Positions 46,751-60,796 are shown, numbered from the stretch's first letter. The stretch: 64,000 bases of DNA from Botryllus schlosseri (GCA_051294905.1 CM119374.1:22258001-22322000), one strand, 5' to 3'. The notes: generated by a model from the sequence alone, not told the origin. A program made the numbers and translations.

Positions 46751-47740
46751 GACTGTATGTCAAAACTCGCTTCCACCCATATCGGTACGAATAGTTCCAT
46801 TACCACTCTTGTCGAGAATCACGAATAATCATTTTGAACAATTAATCCGGATGCTTGCGAATTTCGACAAGCGGGTTCAAGGATGCAATATCTGTTAACT
46901 GTAAACACACACATAGTTATATATCAACATTTTCGCATACATGGATATAGTCAAAGCAAACACCTATTATATTTTTGATGAACTGCACAATGGCTATCTC
47001 ATGTAATTGCGTTTTCAACAAGTATTGTACACGTGTTCATTTATACCGGAAAAGTACCAGTCCGACGCCACGTGACGTCAGAGGTTCGTGGTCACAGCGA
47101 ACGTTTTATTAAAGTTCGTATTCACACGGACCAGAACCTTCCCGTGGTTCGTACGATCCCTAATGTGCCGCACTCTACTTTTCAGGTTGTCGTAAATCGA
47201 ACGGTTGCAATAAACCGGAATTTCTTTGAAAAATCCAAGCTTGATGAGGTGAACATTCAAAACGCGCATCAACGCGCGTTTGAATCGCTGCTGTGGTTTT
47301 ACCGGACTTCAGCGCATTCCGGAGAGCAAACACAACTCCTGAAATGTACCAGGAATATATAGTTAATGCACTTTGAAATTTTAAGACTTTTTCATGTAAA
47401 ATATAAATACATTTTCTGTTCGCCTGTATGCAGCAGTGGTACTATGACAAAGTGGCAGAAGTTTCGATACTGGCCTACCAGCAAAACAAGCGGTCAATTG
47501 GTCATTGCTACGGTCATTGTCTTGCGTCTTGTTCAAGATATTACAGATTTTCGACTGGACAATAATGCGGTATTTAACTGTGCTTAGACGCTCAAGACCT
47601 TTTTTATTTATTTTGCGCTCCGGTCGCAAGCTGTGACATTACCATATGGGTTAGCGTAACGGCAAGGAAATGCTATCCGTATCTTCATGCCAAACCTTGC
47701 AGTCACATATTTCACATCCATAGGATATTGTCTATTAGTT

Positions 47741-48240
47741 CAGTGGCTCTCAACCTGGGGTCCGCGAAGCATTTTCAGGGGATCCGCGAAACCTATAAAT
47801 TTTTAAAATGATTGATAACCTAATTCGTATTTTTTTAGGGAGAGCATGAAACAGTTTCGTTTCATAATTGCTAAAAGTTTAGGACTCACCTCATTAAAAT
47901 GGTCGTCCGAGATGAAATATACGATTGTGCCAACTCATTTTTAGTGTCAAATTGCCAATAGCCTGCATATGCTAACATATTGCGGTTTAGAGATATTTTG
48001 TTGGGGTTTGTGGAAAAATGAAATGTTGGAGATAATAATGACGGACAGGGGGACTTCGAAATGTTTGCAAAACATTTTGGATTTGGAGTTGACAGTCTCA
48101 GCAAATTAGTCAACAGTCGTTTGAAATAGAAATTCCTGACTATTTTTTCTAATCTGTCCCAATGAAGGAATTGAAACCTCTCCACGAGAACTTCCAGGAT
48201 TAGACGCTTGACGCCAAACTTAACTGATATAAATATGCGA
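47741..48240. mobile_element. Partial copy of the 16864-17846 hAT MITE (left portion; right boundary approximate)
   Basis: CAGTGGCTCTCAACCTGGGGTCCGCG start and colinear similarity for ~0.5 kb. Confidence 0.7.
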
Positions 48241-50844
48241 CCTGTTGACGTCATCCACTTTTTGACACCACTTACTTGAGCATTTTTCAGATCTTCATTT
48301 TATACTTCTATTTCGTGTAGTTTGGATGTGTCCTCGAAAGGACTACTTCTATTTGGATGCGTTAAAAATGTAGCATTACGGCCCCATGACCAATTACCAT
48401 GACCATTGACCATTGATGTCGAAATACATTACGAAAAGAACAATATCATATAACAAGCATCTGGAAGGTTCTATACCAGGCGGTTCGTTGTGGTCTTTAT
48501 ATTTTTTGCATCGTGTCCCTGCATTGAGAGTTCAATTCCGAGTCCGCACTCAATGATAAAACTATTGTATTTCTATTACTAATATTTCGAATATACAATT
48601 CGATATATGTGAATATCAGTTGACGTTTTTTTGTCAGTTGTACAGCAAGATGTATCTTAAGCCTGATGAAAATATCGTTTAGGAGGATGAAGGTATTTTA
48701 GTCTTTTTGAATGTCTGCTGTCCGACATAAACATCAGGGTTACATGTGCATTTTTATCGCCTGACCTATATGAAAACACAATGTTTCAAAGCTGACATAT
48801 ATTATCCAGTCTTAATCGTGCTTGTGATATTGCAACGATTCAATGTTTCTGTATTATTATCAATGTTTCCGTATTATTCACGAAGACTGAGTGTGCAATT
48901 GTTACTGCACCTAAGTCGTTGCGATTTTGGAGAATGTCATACTTTAGGATCCTTTTGAGATATCAATAGACATTTGCCATTAACTTGAGTTGTAAATCGG
49001 GATTCCTACCTTCTCCAGTAACCCATCGTCACAGTATCATGTCTCCCGAAAGTAGCCCTACGATGAAAAAGCCGTTTCTTATGATCGAAAATGAAATATC
49101 TTCGCTCTCTTGACAAATAATCTTTTCTCAATTCGCAAGGATGCTAAAAGTTCCAAATATTTCTCTTCCAAGTCCCAAAGCCTATGTCAGATCATTTAAC
49201 TTGTGTTGATGGACTACTCTATACTTTCTGAATCATCTTCGATTTCAAAATTTTCATCAGTATGCCTGCCATCCCTAAGATCTTCATGATGATACAAATT
49301 ATCGAGCTTATAGGAGTTTCAAGATACACTGGATAAGCTGAATGGGGCATTGGAACTATAGGTGATAGTAAATGTAATGCTTATTTTTCTTGCCATATCC
49401 TGCAGTTTGCATCATATATGTGTGTCTGAAATATGCTTGGACGATTGCATCCTCTATCCAAAAATTGGTGAAAGCATCGGCGTAGATCGATACCATTACC
49501 TTTTTTCCTAATAATTCAATTGACCCGTTGGCTGTATACCTTAATATATGATAAAAGGGTGGATTTCGATATAGGCCTATGGTATGGAAATGTAATATGG
49601 CTAAATTCGGTGAAATTTTGCATATTTTTGGCATATGTCGTAGAGCAAAAACGTGACGTGACACAAGAAAACCAGCGGCACTTTTGGAATCAGCATACCA
49701 AAATTAGCCTAAATCAAGGGCAAAATCAAAGTCAACAAATTTTTCGTTCAAAATTGTTGCCCATTGTAATGATAGATTCGAGTGTCAAACAAATCGGTTT
49801 CCACTCATTTCTCCACTATGCATCAGGCTAATAGTAGCCTAGCTAAGAGATCTATTCACTACTCAAGACCTATCAGTTGGAAGCCACTACCCCAATAATT
49901 ATGTAAACTGCCGTATAATAGATCTAAGAATGATATTGCATTTTTTCTCAGCTGGAGAACAAAATAGCCTCATTATCCGTACAATTTATTACTCAAATCA
50001 CGAAGATTGCGTGCTGAAATGATGCGGACACTTGCTATGCGAATACTGTGTGCGGAAAATGAATAGCGACAATAACGCCCCAGGACGTTCTTTCAAGTGC
50101 CCTCAGTGTTTAGTCTCTAGATTGTAAGGTTTTATCTCGCATGGCATGTCAACCGCAAACCTCGCTCTTGGCAAACCAGTGAACACTGAACAGTCAAGTG
50201 TTACCGGTCTGGCTTCCAACTTCCGATGCCCAAGGTTGAATTTATGGATTGACATTGGCACGCATAGGTGGTCAATGTAGTCACCGTTGGTACTCATGTA
50301 GAAGTAGAACCAACGCCGTATATTTCTACTAATTACAAGTCATAGTGGCTATTTTCAATACATTTCAGAATAACTTTAAATGGAAGTGAAAAATGAAGCT
50401 ATCAAAAGTATTCTAGTAGTTTCAAAAAGTACATTTGGTCGAAGGATCATACTTTTAGCAGTTAATCGGACGTGGCAATTATTGAAATTGCACAACTGTC
50501 TTAGCGGCTTACGATACTAGAAATAACTGCATACTTCGAAAATATACTCCTTTACGGCGACATAGAGGCTATTAGGTCCGGTCGGTAGGACAATTCCACT
50601 CACAGTGCGGAAAACACGGGGCCTACGATATTCGGTATCGTAGGCCCCGGTTGAATGTGTCACAATTTGTACGAGAGTTTGATTTCAAGAAAATTTAATA
50701 TATAGCCTATCATCGATGTATATATAATTCATTTCGTGAGTTATACAAAGACATTGACACGAGACCGCTGCAGATTCCCGCCCCGATCTATATTCGCTGT
50801 AACGACGATGACGATTTTAATAATTTGGATCTGCCGCACGGTAA

Positions 50845-51310
50845 ATGCGGACCATCACTTCATTACTTGCCTTGACATTCAGCAAACGCCCAAATTTATA
50901 TATCAATATTCCGACAGCAGTTGCATATGATGGCCTTCATGAAATGCTCTATACCTCAAATAAGCGCCGTTCGTCTCAGGGGACTTAAGCTGGAACGGAT
51001 CGCAAACTAACGAGTAAGTTTATATGTGGTATATGATATTGATGACTGATATAACTGTACACAGACGTTAGAGTGCGTTGTAAATGCATGGGTGCAAGAT
51101 GTGGGCGCAAATCAGGCCATTGATACCTTCTTGTACCAAATTTTGCTTTCGTACCTGTTACAAAAGGATAATTCGAGTAGAATGCACCAATTCTTATTCG
51201 GATATGTCTCATCAAAGGTGAGTAGGAGTCATGCGCGTAGGATCTGTCCTTCATAGAGCTGTAAACCAGCGCAGCTATATATTTCGGCCGAAGGGGTGAA
51301 CGAGACCTAA
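50845..51310 (+). pseudogene. Decayed two-exon gene, copy B, convergent with GPCR copy 4
   Basis: Same frame and same terminal NET-TAA as copy A. Carries a 2-nt insertion near 50950, a degraded acceptor, and TAG at 51254. Confidence 0.55.
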
Positions 51311-51366
51311 GGGTTTGAAAACCAGAGTCATATAACATGCGGGCGTGCTAATCCAGTTTATTGGTA

Positions 51367-51846
51367 TAGGGCAGGACATAATAATTCGAGTACTCGAATC
51401 TGAATCAGGTATAAATTGTGATGATTCGAGTCGAGTAGTAAAAAAACGATTTTTTCGAGTACTGGAAATATACGCTCCTCGCAACCGGAAGTAAATTTAT
51501 CAACGAGAATTACAGTTTCGGCACTGTTGAAGCCTTATAACCTTGATTGTTCGTATCGTGGCATATGAAGCATAGTAGCCTACAAAGCTACGAACGTTAC
51601 TGGAACTAGCAGATTTCCGAGTGCAATAAAATCGGTATGGTCGAAGAAATACCAAAGTATGTTTAATGTTACAGATAACAGGTATTATATTCTCTGTGGT
51701 GGCATGAAAGGTCCATAATTGAACTTTCACATATTACGTTGTATTATGACGTCATAACGAATGATACTCGATTACTCGACTCTACTCGAAGCATATTACG
51801 TGATTAGGAATCGAATCACTCAGGTACTCGATTTTGCCCAGCCCTA
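51367..51846. mobile_element. MITE, TAGGGCTGGG family, in the 3' UTR region of copy 4
   Basis: Inverted homolog of 44406-44953; absent from the paralogous site near 39355. Confidence 0.82.
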
Positions 51847-52066
51847 GTAATATGATGCTTTATATTTCAGAATATCAGCATAGGGAAAATACCAACCACG
51901 CTTTTCGTTACACAATCGATCAAATACTACCGACTTGAACCCTAACGCGGAGAATCCAATCCTCGATCAGGTCCCACCAAATCTGCAAAACTGACCGGAG
52001 CTTTCTTGGTGTAAAATATAAATCGCATTACGACGAATATCCTGCATGTGTGACTGTATTTCGCAA

Positions 52067-54499
52067 TCACGTTCAACCCTCTGCATGCTTTGAGGTTTCC
52101 ATATATTCAGTGAAGTTACTCATAACTGATTGGTACAGGTCTGCAGTATTAGCACAGATGACAAACGATCCGAATGCCGTGCTACGTCGACCACGTGTCT
52201 GTGGCACATTAGTCGCTGTGGGTGACTGGTGCCATCTTGTATTACACGATTTCGGTAGTCGTCGTCTGTCATACTACGAATGCGAATCGTCATCACACGC
52301 TATTTCACAAACTGAATCCTTGCTGAATATGTGGTCCGATATTCAAGGTCCGTCTAAGAGCGACTCTGCCATCCCTACGTAGTCGCTGTACGGCTCCGAC
52401 ACGGGAAGTTGGGGGCTGGTCGAGTTAATTGAACATACCACGTTCATAGCGATCTTCCGATTACCACCCTGCACGTGATTGGATGGGACTTGTAACACCG
52501 CGGCGCAGTATGCACGGCTTGAACCTCTGCCGAAACATTCGAAGTGCAGCCTTCCGAAATTCTTTCACTCGCCAATTGTAGATGAAGAAATTCCATAAAC
52601 TATTAGGGGAGATGTGGTACCGATGGATCAAAAATTGCAAAATGATCCCTGGCCCTCAAATCTTCAGCCGAGAATAGCAGATCTTTTGCTGTCTCAACAC
52701 TTCGATACAAGCTCTACCTATCGCAGACATTTACATGAATATCCGCCTTTTCAAAAAATATTTATAAACGTTTAAAATTTGTTGCTCGAACGTGTCATCG
52801 GTCCCCACCCGGTGGGTCCAAAGGCACACGACCATGGGACCTATGAGACATACGCTCAAAAACTCAAATTTGTTCACTTGTTTTGTTGTGTACTATAAGC
52901 TAAGCTACAGCAAGTCAATGAAGAATGTTTCGTCGTGACCTTCAAAAATAAATTAGATTACATCAACTCAAATATTGGCATAAAATCTTGTTTTGATTTA
53001 CGCTAAAATTTACAAAATTAATGCCACATACATATTACCCGCAAATCGAGATTTTGACTTTCAAATACCTCGTAATAGCGATAAAACACCACAGGTAACT
53101 ATGATTTACAGCCTATATATATGTAGGCGAGTTTCTGTTATTAAGTGATTAGTTGGTCCATCTATTTTGCTTGATTTGTTCATGGTACCATAGGTCCCCC
53201 ACCCCATAAATATTGTAATTGACTTGAATATAGTCCACTCGAGGACGGTATTGATTAAAAAAATATGTGCCATTATATAGCCTGATACAAGCCCTATACT
53301 TCACATCAAAAATTATGGCGGGTTTGTTAGTCTGAAAGGTGATATAGAAAAATGCAAATGTCGATCCAAATTTACTTTACACCCCCTAAAACGTAAATCA
53401 TTCGTCACAGACCCCATAACTCACGCAGGTCGAATTTTTTTGCATGTGAGGAAAGATTCTGCCAGCATGCAATTGTAGACAAATTCACGGAATGTAATCA
53501 TGGAATTATCATGGAGAATTTTTCAAGTATTTTCGGTTCCAGTGATCCATCGGTACCACATCTCCCCTACTTGTTAACATGAAAAACGCGACGTACTCGC
53601 TTGTAGTGTTCGCCGCTGCACTTTTTGTATTAATCGTCTGCGGTCGTTGCCAATTGGTGCCAGCAGGTGTATAGATCAGCACGACATTGCAAATCGCCGG
53701 CACCACCGATACCGAAAATGCCACAACCATCATCGATAGCGTGCGAGCAAGTGTGTTATCCGAATCCTGTCGGGAATCTGAGGGACTAATTATCCTTCTT
53801 CGCGCTATAGCGTGTTTCCGATATACGAAATATGTCGTTGCTGTTAGGATCCATACGATGACCAGCGGGATAATGGGAGTTACCAACGCTATCCATTTCG
53901 CGTTTCCACTGACGGATATGAAATTAGAGCTCACGACTTTATACGAGCTTCCTGGGATGACAACAGGAAGTAGACATAGCACTATGCACACGAACCATAA
54001 CGATACGTTTACTCTTTCGGCGCGACGTTTGGCAACGTATGGGTTGTATTCTAGCGGTCTGGACACGGCCCTAAATCGATCTACGCTCGCGAACATCAGT
54101 ATGAAAATAGACAATATTATGCCTGATACAGAGAAAAATCCCATTGCGATCACAAAGTGATTAGCGTAAATTTCTCCACGTTCACCAGCGCTGTAGCGGT
54201 AAACCAAATCTCCATTGTCGTAAGGAGTCATATTGGCAGTCATTCTATACGGCCGCTTGATGACTGCTCCCATGTGCCTCGGCTTGAAGAACGTGAGATA
54301 TTGTAATATAATCATATTCGGCCATACCACGACTCCTATCAATAAATCGGCAAAAGCGAGGGACATTTTATAAACGCCCTGGGCATCTCGCAGTTTAGCT
54401 GTAGTTCCGAATACGCACAGAATGAGTATGTTACCGAAGATCGATGTGATGCATGCTACTCCCATGAAGGCAATGCCTGTTATGATGCTGTGTCGACAC
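52067..54499 (-). pseudogene. Ectodomain-GPCR copy 4, exon 2: 7TM split in TM7 by a 962-bp MITE, plus a +1 frameshift in the tail
   Basis: Acceptor ATATTTTTAG|G at 54500/54499 gives WCRHSIITGIAF. Homology to copy 3 stops at LTS (53570), resumes at NSLWNFFIY (52605) and runs to ~52067. One extra base near 52484 relative to copy 3. Confidence 0.92.
52606..53567. mobile_element. 962-bp MITE with TA duplication (Tc1/mariner-superfamily-like) inserted in TM7 of copy 4
   Basis: Perfect 25-bp TIR GGGGAGATGTGGTACCGATGGATCA; TA on both sides (52604-5 and 53568-9). Removing the element and one TA restores LTSNSLWN. Confidence 0.95.
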
Positions 54500-55280
54500 C
54501 TAAAAATATTGATATTTATCCAACAGATGTCAGTACATTACGACTACGTTCCTCATTATATGGTAACCACGTATGGATATAAATTGAAACCATTGTTCAA
54601 ACCCTGATTTCAGTTGATAATACGCGATTTGGCGCCAAAACACGCTTACATCTGATGTGAAAATATTAGAACTTGGTTCGATAAATGAAAAGCGTGTATT
54701 ATTTTAAACATAGCTGTAAATCAGGTAAATGGCACTCTTTTGTATAAGATATTGCTGTCAGACTCATTCCAGTCGAAACCAGTTACGGCGAGACAAATAC
54801 GCCAATTACCATGAGCATATATCCCAGGGGCGGTTAACTTCTCCAGTCGGCGGACCGGAATAGGGAACATGGAGTACTTGGAGGGCCGTATTTCTGAATC
54901 GACACAGTAATCGTGATGGCCAAACCAGTATTTAAGGGACTTATTAACGTAATATACTTTAATAGGTGTTGAAGTCAATGGCATCAATGGTCGATCAAAG
55001 TTGTCGACAAGTTCTTAGAGCTTTGGTTGCATGTTAGACGTAAAAACCCTTGGTAACGACTACACGTGATGGAAAGATAGATTTACGGCTTTGTCTGTTC
55101 CTTTTCATGGTCGAAAATGTTTGCTCGCAAATTTATGTAGACCGCCTGAACAGAATAAGTCTTTTCATGGCCAGCTTTCTCCGGTAGCGAGCCGCTTTAT
55201 CATGTAAGACCGAAAACTCTCTGCCGGCCGCTTAAAATCCCTTCGTATGTTGCCCGCCCCTGATGTATCCTCTAGCTAGG

Positions 55281-56154
55281 GCGAGGTGTCAAACTCGACT
55301 AGCGTCGCGGGCCGGATTCAAACCTTCATATCCGGACTAGTCAAATGATACCAAAATGTTTCCTAAAATTCCATGCCCTTGATTTCCACTTTACTGTGCA
55401 ATTTTTCATCAAAGCGATAGTACATCACATTATATTCGGATTACGGGTTGCATTCTAGCAAACCTTTACCCGCGAACAATGGAATTGGCGGAGATACGAT
55501 GGTTGAATACAGTTATAATCTGGTAAAACGATGGCTCTAACGGCGATACATAAGTCTGCCAATTTCTATGCCCCTTTGTTTCAGTCGTAAACTGACTTTA
55601 TTTAACCCTGCATATGAGCTGTGCGCACTGCAAGATATTTGACTGTAAGTGTGAACGTTTGAATTTGGTTCAATAATAAATCGCGATTACGCTTGCTCTG
55701 AAGGCCGGGAACCTTTTGAGTCAGAACTGATACAGTATAGTGCGACTGGAGATATTTTGATGATATTTATATGTACTATAACGGTTTCGTATGGTGGTTT
55801 TCGCTTCTGTTAATAACTGCTTTTTTGTCCATTTTTGCATAAAACACTAAACTCAGTTTTCACATTTTTTTCCTTCTCGGAATCAAGTCTCAATGTCGGT
55901 GACTTGTTCCTATAAGGGTGACTAGGGTAAAACCACAAAACCGCTGAAGGGTTTGGCCTATGAATATACTCTACATTTTCTGTGCTGAGGGGTCATTCGA
56001 TGGAAGTTTTTTTGCTGAAAATTTCAAATTCGTCAAAAATGTACTGGATAATACAAGTATATAATTTTCAAGATACTTGAAATTGCTTAGCAGGCCGGAT
56101 GAAATCGTCTGACGGGCAAGATGAGGCCCGCGGTCCATATGTTTCACAGCCCTG
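55281..56154. mobile_element. Probable old hAT MITE in intron of copy 4
   Basis: Degenerate ends (GAGGTGTCAAACTC ... GTTTCACAGCCCTG) and GGGCCG motifs; no TSD. Confidence 0.5.
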
Positions 56155-56361
56155 TCCTGGGGCGAGACATGGAAACTGGTTTGAATAACATTTGTGTGGT
56201 ATACGTCAGTACTTTTCAACCTATATTTGAATAGCACACCCTTTTAAAATTTACACAAAAGCTATGCATCCCAGTTCTGATGACTTATAAAAGGTCAAAC
56301 ACTCTCGCCCAGTAGTATCTACCATCTAGCATCATGATGATTTACTAGATACTAGCTAGAA

Positions 56362-57482
56362 CAGGGGTGGGCAAACTTTTGAGCTCGCAGGCCGCACTGT
56401 ATAAAATTGTGATTTTAAACCAAAACGCAATATCGGTACATAATTATATAATGAGAACATGGAGATAATATATATGCCTATTTAAAACTAAACAAACAGT
56501 GCTTTGATGATATCGTGCACGCGTCAAAACAGTGGCGAGATTTTATAGGCTGGTCGACCTCAATAACCGATATGAAAGTCGGGTGTCTCAATTCTTAGCA
56601 AATCATTGAAATTTAAATCTGTTTGCAGCGATCTGTGTACTAAATCCACTTTTGGTTCAATTCGAGGACACACAATGCTGGCAGCATCATATACATGTTA
56701 TCTTCACACACGCTTCTACTATGTGTAGATAAAATATAAATACCCTATTTCTTCGCATACAGAGAACGAATCTGCCTAAGACACGCATGAATCGTTTTTA
56801 TAAGCACAGCACGGAAATGATTAAAACATGAGTGGCCAATCTGAAATCACACTCGTGATCCGAATTATGTCAATCTCATTTAGGATTTCTGTGATGTTTA
56901 GCAGTTGAAACCTTTCAAACTGCGTGGGCCTTGAGATCGGAATGTCGCGCAGGAGATTAAACATAAAAAAACATAGGAAGTATTTACCTTGTAACAGTGG
57001 TTCTCAAACTTTTTAAGTCACGACCCCCCCCCCGCTTGTGATGGTGAAAGATTTCGCGCCCCCTTATCGTCATATCACAAAACGAAACCAGGATGCTAGC
57101 AAACCTATAACGGATAGTTTGATGGAATGGAACGTCACGACTGTGAAAGAGAGATTTTTAAATATGAAATTTAGACTAAATACAGAGCAACAATTTTGAA
57201 TTGGATCTGATTCACGCAGAGCGCGAAAAAACTTTCAGCTGAGGTCACCTTCGCACCACCCTTCAGATGCTTTCACGCCCCCAAGGGGTCGAGCCCCCCA
57301 GTTTGAGAACCACTGCCTTAGAATTATCATGGTGAAATATACTAAGAAATAGTTTAATCAAGTCCCTGCATTAATTCGATTTTTAGTACGCATTTTATCA
57401 ATATTTTTAATAAGTTTCTTTAGGCTCTCGCGAGCTGAACATAAGGATGGGGTGGGGGTGGGCCCTAGTTTATCCACCCCTG
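56362..57482. mobile_element. hAT MITE hosting a nested MITE
   Basis: CAGGGGTGG...CCACCCCTG ends; TSD AGCTAGAA/CGCTAGAA. Confidence 0.8.
56995..57315. mobile_element. hAT (Charlie-like) MITE nested in 56362-57482
   Basis: TIR CAGTGGTTCTCAAAC; TSD CCTTGTAA/CCTTAGAA (6/8 match). Confidence 0.82.
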
Positions 57483-57831
57483 CGCTAGAAGGTAATCATC
57501 GAATCTAAGCTACATTGTGTCCTAAACGCGGTATATGCTAATCCCTGTTCAGCCCCTTAAAGTGATACAACCTTGAAATGTTCTGGGGAAAACTAGGATG
57601 TACCCAGGACCGTAACGGCCGCACGCCCAACCCGACAATAGGGGGCAGGCTTGAAGGGACCCAAAATTAGTTCGTGAATTACCATAAATTATAAATTTTT
57701 CATATCTTTTTTTAAAATTTATGCATTTATACAACTTTTTAAAAGAAATTCGCACTCGGCGTGATTTACTGCTGACAAATGTCTTGATTATCGGGTACCC
57801 CTCTCCAAAGAAAAATAAGCATGATTTATAT

Positions 57832-59040
57832 CAGAGGTCTCAAACTCAAATGTGGGTCAGTTTTCCAGTTTTGCGACGCCATGGGCCGCAGCACTTATAG
57901 GGGTATTGTATATCTTTCCAAGTGGGCCTTATTTGGGGGGAATGAATTGTCCTATTGAAAGTGAGCCGATCCGGCAGACTGACAGTAAACACACATCGTC
58001 AAAATGTGATTTACTCTTGTATTAATTTAGTCCTGGCACGAAAAGAATCATCACATTTATAACTATTTGAATAGAATTGTTGTTGTACTTGATATGTATT
58101 AATTATAAGATATATACACGATATGGGCGAACAAATGTATGATGAAATCATAAAAGCTATCGGGTTATAATTTTGCAGCTACTATGAATATTTTGAATTT
58201 AGCAGATTGATAGGCTAATAGAGACTGATCTGATATCAAAACATTTTTAGGTTGAGCATTGTAATTCAAATCCAGGATTCGGGTGTACTTCTGATATGTA
58301 GGCTATTAATCTCATTGTCAAATATCTTCAAATACAGGAGCAGAAAAAAATATAAATATAATATAAATATATTAATGAATGTGTCTTAGTGATTGAAATG
58401 TCGGAACGCCGAACGGCCCATTGTTGTTACATCGTTGGAGCGTACCACTACGGTACTCGGTATCTTGAAGTGGCCTTAATAACACGGTTTAGCGACCAAA
58501 GATGTAACTAACAGATTGCCAATGGTTGCCATGACTACTTGCTTAGTTAGCGAAATATCAAGCTGCGACTTTTCGATCTATTACTATTCCCCTGATACGC
58601 GATAAGTTTGTTGCGTCCATGGTTCTAACAAATTCACGGCATTCCTAGTCACTCCGAGTCCACTCGAGTCATTTTCATTTTGCCATCGAGGAAGCCCGAG
58701 TCTGAGTAATTCTAAAAAAGGTCGCGTCCAAGTCCAACTCATACATTTCAGTCACGAATCGTCTAAGGGTCAGGTTTTGTCAGCATGAATTGGAAATGTG
58801 GCGAAATAGTGAATCTTCCCCTGCATGGTAGCGTTTGCAATAGATGTGATAGTGAAGTTTGATGAATAGTTTCAGGCTTTCGGAGCAATTTAAGAGGGAA
58901 TTTTGACTTTATAACCTGAAAAGATATATGTGACACTTATATATTGTCAAATTATTAAAAATCTAAAATGTCGTCGCGGGCCGCACAAAATGCTCTAGCG
59001 GGCCGCATGCGGCCCGTGGGCGGCGTGTTTGAGACCTCTG
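57832..59040. mobile_element. hAT MITE in intron of copy 4
   Basis: Perfect 14-bp TIR CAGAGGTCTCAAAC; TSD ATTTATAT/ATTTTTAT. Confidence 0.88.
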
Positions 59041-59948
59041 ATTTTTATGATTGGCATTTCGGTGTCAGCCATTACAGCGCAACGACGCAACGAGACGTAC
59101 GAAGTTTTAGGCCATGTACTCCGAAAACTGTCCCAGAACGATCGCCAGTAAGAAAACTGTGGTCGAAAAGGACTGCCCATATTCTGACCGAAAACTTCCA
59201 TACATACATATCCATATATATTTAATTGTCCTTATAGGCGCCTAAATGGCTCGTCCGAATGTCCCTCTCGGGCCAATCTGAACCCCACAAGACAAATACC
59301 ATACCGCAGAGAAAACTTATTTGCTCTCAGTGAAGAATATCAATTTGAAATCGTGTGCGTCTTTTAGTTTAGTGTTTGGGTGACTTCAATATATTTTAAC
59401 ATAACAGACATGAGGTTACGAAATAACATCATGTAACGAAGTCATTATACCAGCGGGTCCGCCCGAATATGTTTGAATATCATTTACGCCCGGTTCATTT
59501 TCCAAGCCAACACCTTGCTAAGCTCTACCGGTAAATCTGATTGTGTGAGCAGAGAGAGGATAAAAAAGTTGTTAGCAATATATATATGCAATTCCTATTA
59601 TATTGGCCGATTCAATCATGAATTCTAGAAAATTATTGCGCTACGCGCGATTAGGTGACATAAGCTGTCTCACCAAACTGCACAGCAAATCTCGCTGACA
59701 AGTAGCGGCCAAAAGGTATAGAATGAAGGATCGCTTCGGATAAGTTTGCATAATCACCCTGGGCTGTTTCAGCCCGTGATGTACCGAGCCCCCGCTAAAG
59801 AGCACAGGTGTGCGAACTTTTTTCGCTAACCTTGTGCGACGTGTTTGGTCGCAGTCTTTATTAAATACGAAAAGGAGAATGCTTGATCGATATACAAATA
59901 ACGTAAGTTATCGTGGTGTATCAATTTGAGAATATTTCATATGCTCAC

Positions 59949-60796
59949 CAGGAAGGCATCCCGGTCCATGGCGATACTTCGCGAAATTGCGCCGTGTGGA
60001 AATCATACCCGTGCCACTGTAGACCGCAAAATGGTGTGTACGGCTCGATAATCTCGTGGAACCGCCCGACACCCCCGTCGCGTCGATCGAATAAGGCAGT
60101 TTGTACGCATGATTTCACCAAGTCCTCAAAAGCCATCGCGCTTGAGTCTAGCTTCTCAATCAAAACCCGTCAAGTCATCACTCCCGAAATGAAAGACTCA
60201 TTAACAAATTGATATCGTCGAGCGACGTCTGTGATATCGCCGTAACATGCCGTCTCAACTTTACTTCTGTTGCAAAACAAATCGTAGATTCGCCCCGTGT
60301 ATTCACTAAATGACCAAGTCGGGCGTTTGCATTCATCATCAAATTCCTTGCAACGCCATCTTTTCAAGCGTTCCAAAATGACAACGAGATAGCGTCCCCT
60401 GTTGATCCAATCGTTTGCGTACGTCTCGTAAAGATGTCGGCAACAGTTGTCTTTGTATTTGTTATTCGGCGTTGGAAAGTTTGTGCAAACGTTTCCATCA
60501 AATTCCAATCCATGGGGGTTATTGGTCGTTGATTTATTTCGCTCCGTTGTCTTTTCTCTGGTCGATGATTTCGTGAACTTCTTCGAACCCGGACTTAGAG
60601 GGTTTGCGAAGTGTGCGGTTGCGTGTCGCACATGGTAATCTACTGGCGTTACGACAACTCGATTCATGTTTTCCGTGGACGTTGGTGCTGACTCATTTCT
60701 AGTGCTAACATCCGATTTACAAACATGGATGCACGAAAGTAATATCGTTGTGACCGCTATAATCTGGTGGAACTCTGACAACGCCCTTCCACGCAT
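59949..60796 (-). pseudogene. Ectodomain-GPCR copy 4, exon 1, with TGG>TGA nonsense codon (upstream in-frame ATG at 60850)
   Basis: ORFs 60170-60850 and 59945-60163 are one frame. TGA at 60172-60170 replaces the W of MTW seen in paralogs. Donor TG|GTGAGC at 59949/59948. Confidence 0.9.

Larger units (their letters stand above)
38662..47480 (-). repeat. Tandem segmental duplication unit A, paralogous to ~50657-63660
   Basis: Colinear similarity covers the relic gene, 3' UTR, both exons, and upstream blocks 46245-46570 and 47040-47480. Confidence 0.85.

Noticed and set aside
49000-49664. Acidic, coding-like stretch and ORF 49356-49664 as a gene or transposase relic
   Set aside because: There are multiple stops, no motif I can name, and no element boundaries found.
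53509-53569. RGD motif at the end of the copy 4 ORF
   Set aside because: It is a chance translation of the MITE terminal repeat.
60170-60172. TGA as selenocysteine or programmed read-through
   Set aside because: Paralogs have Trp (TGG), and the same gene has two other disabling lesions.
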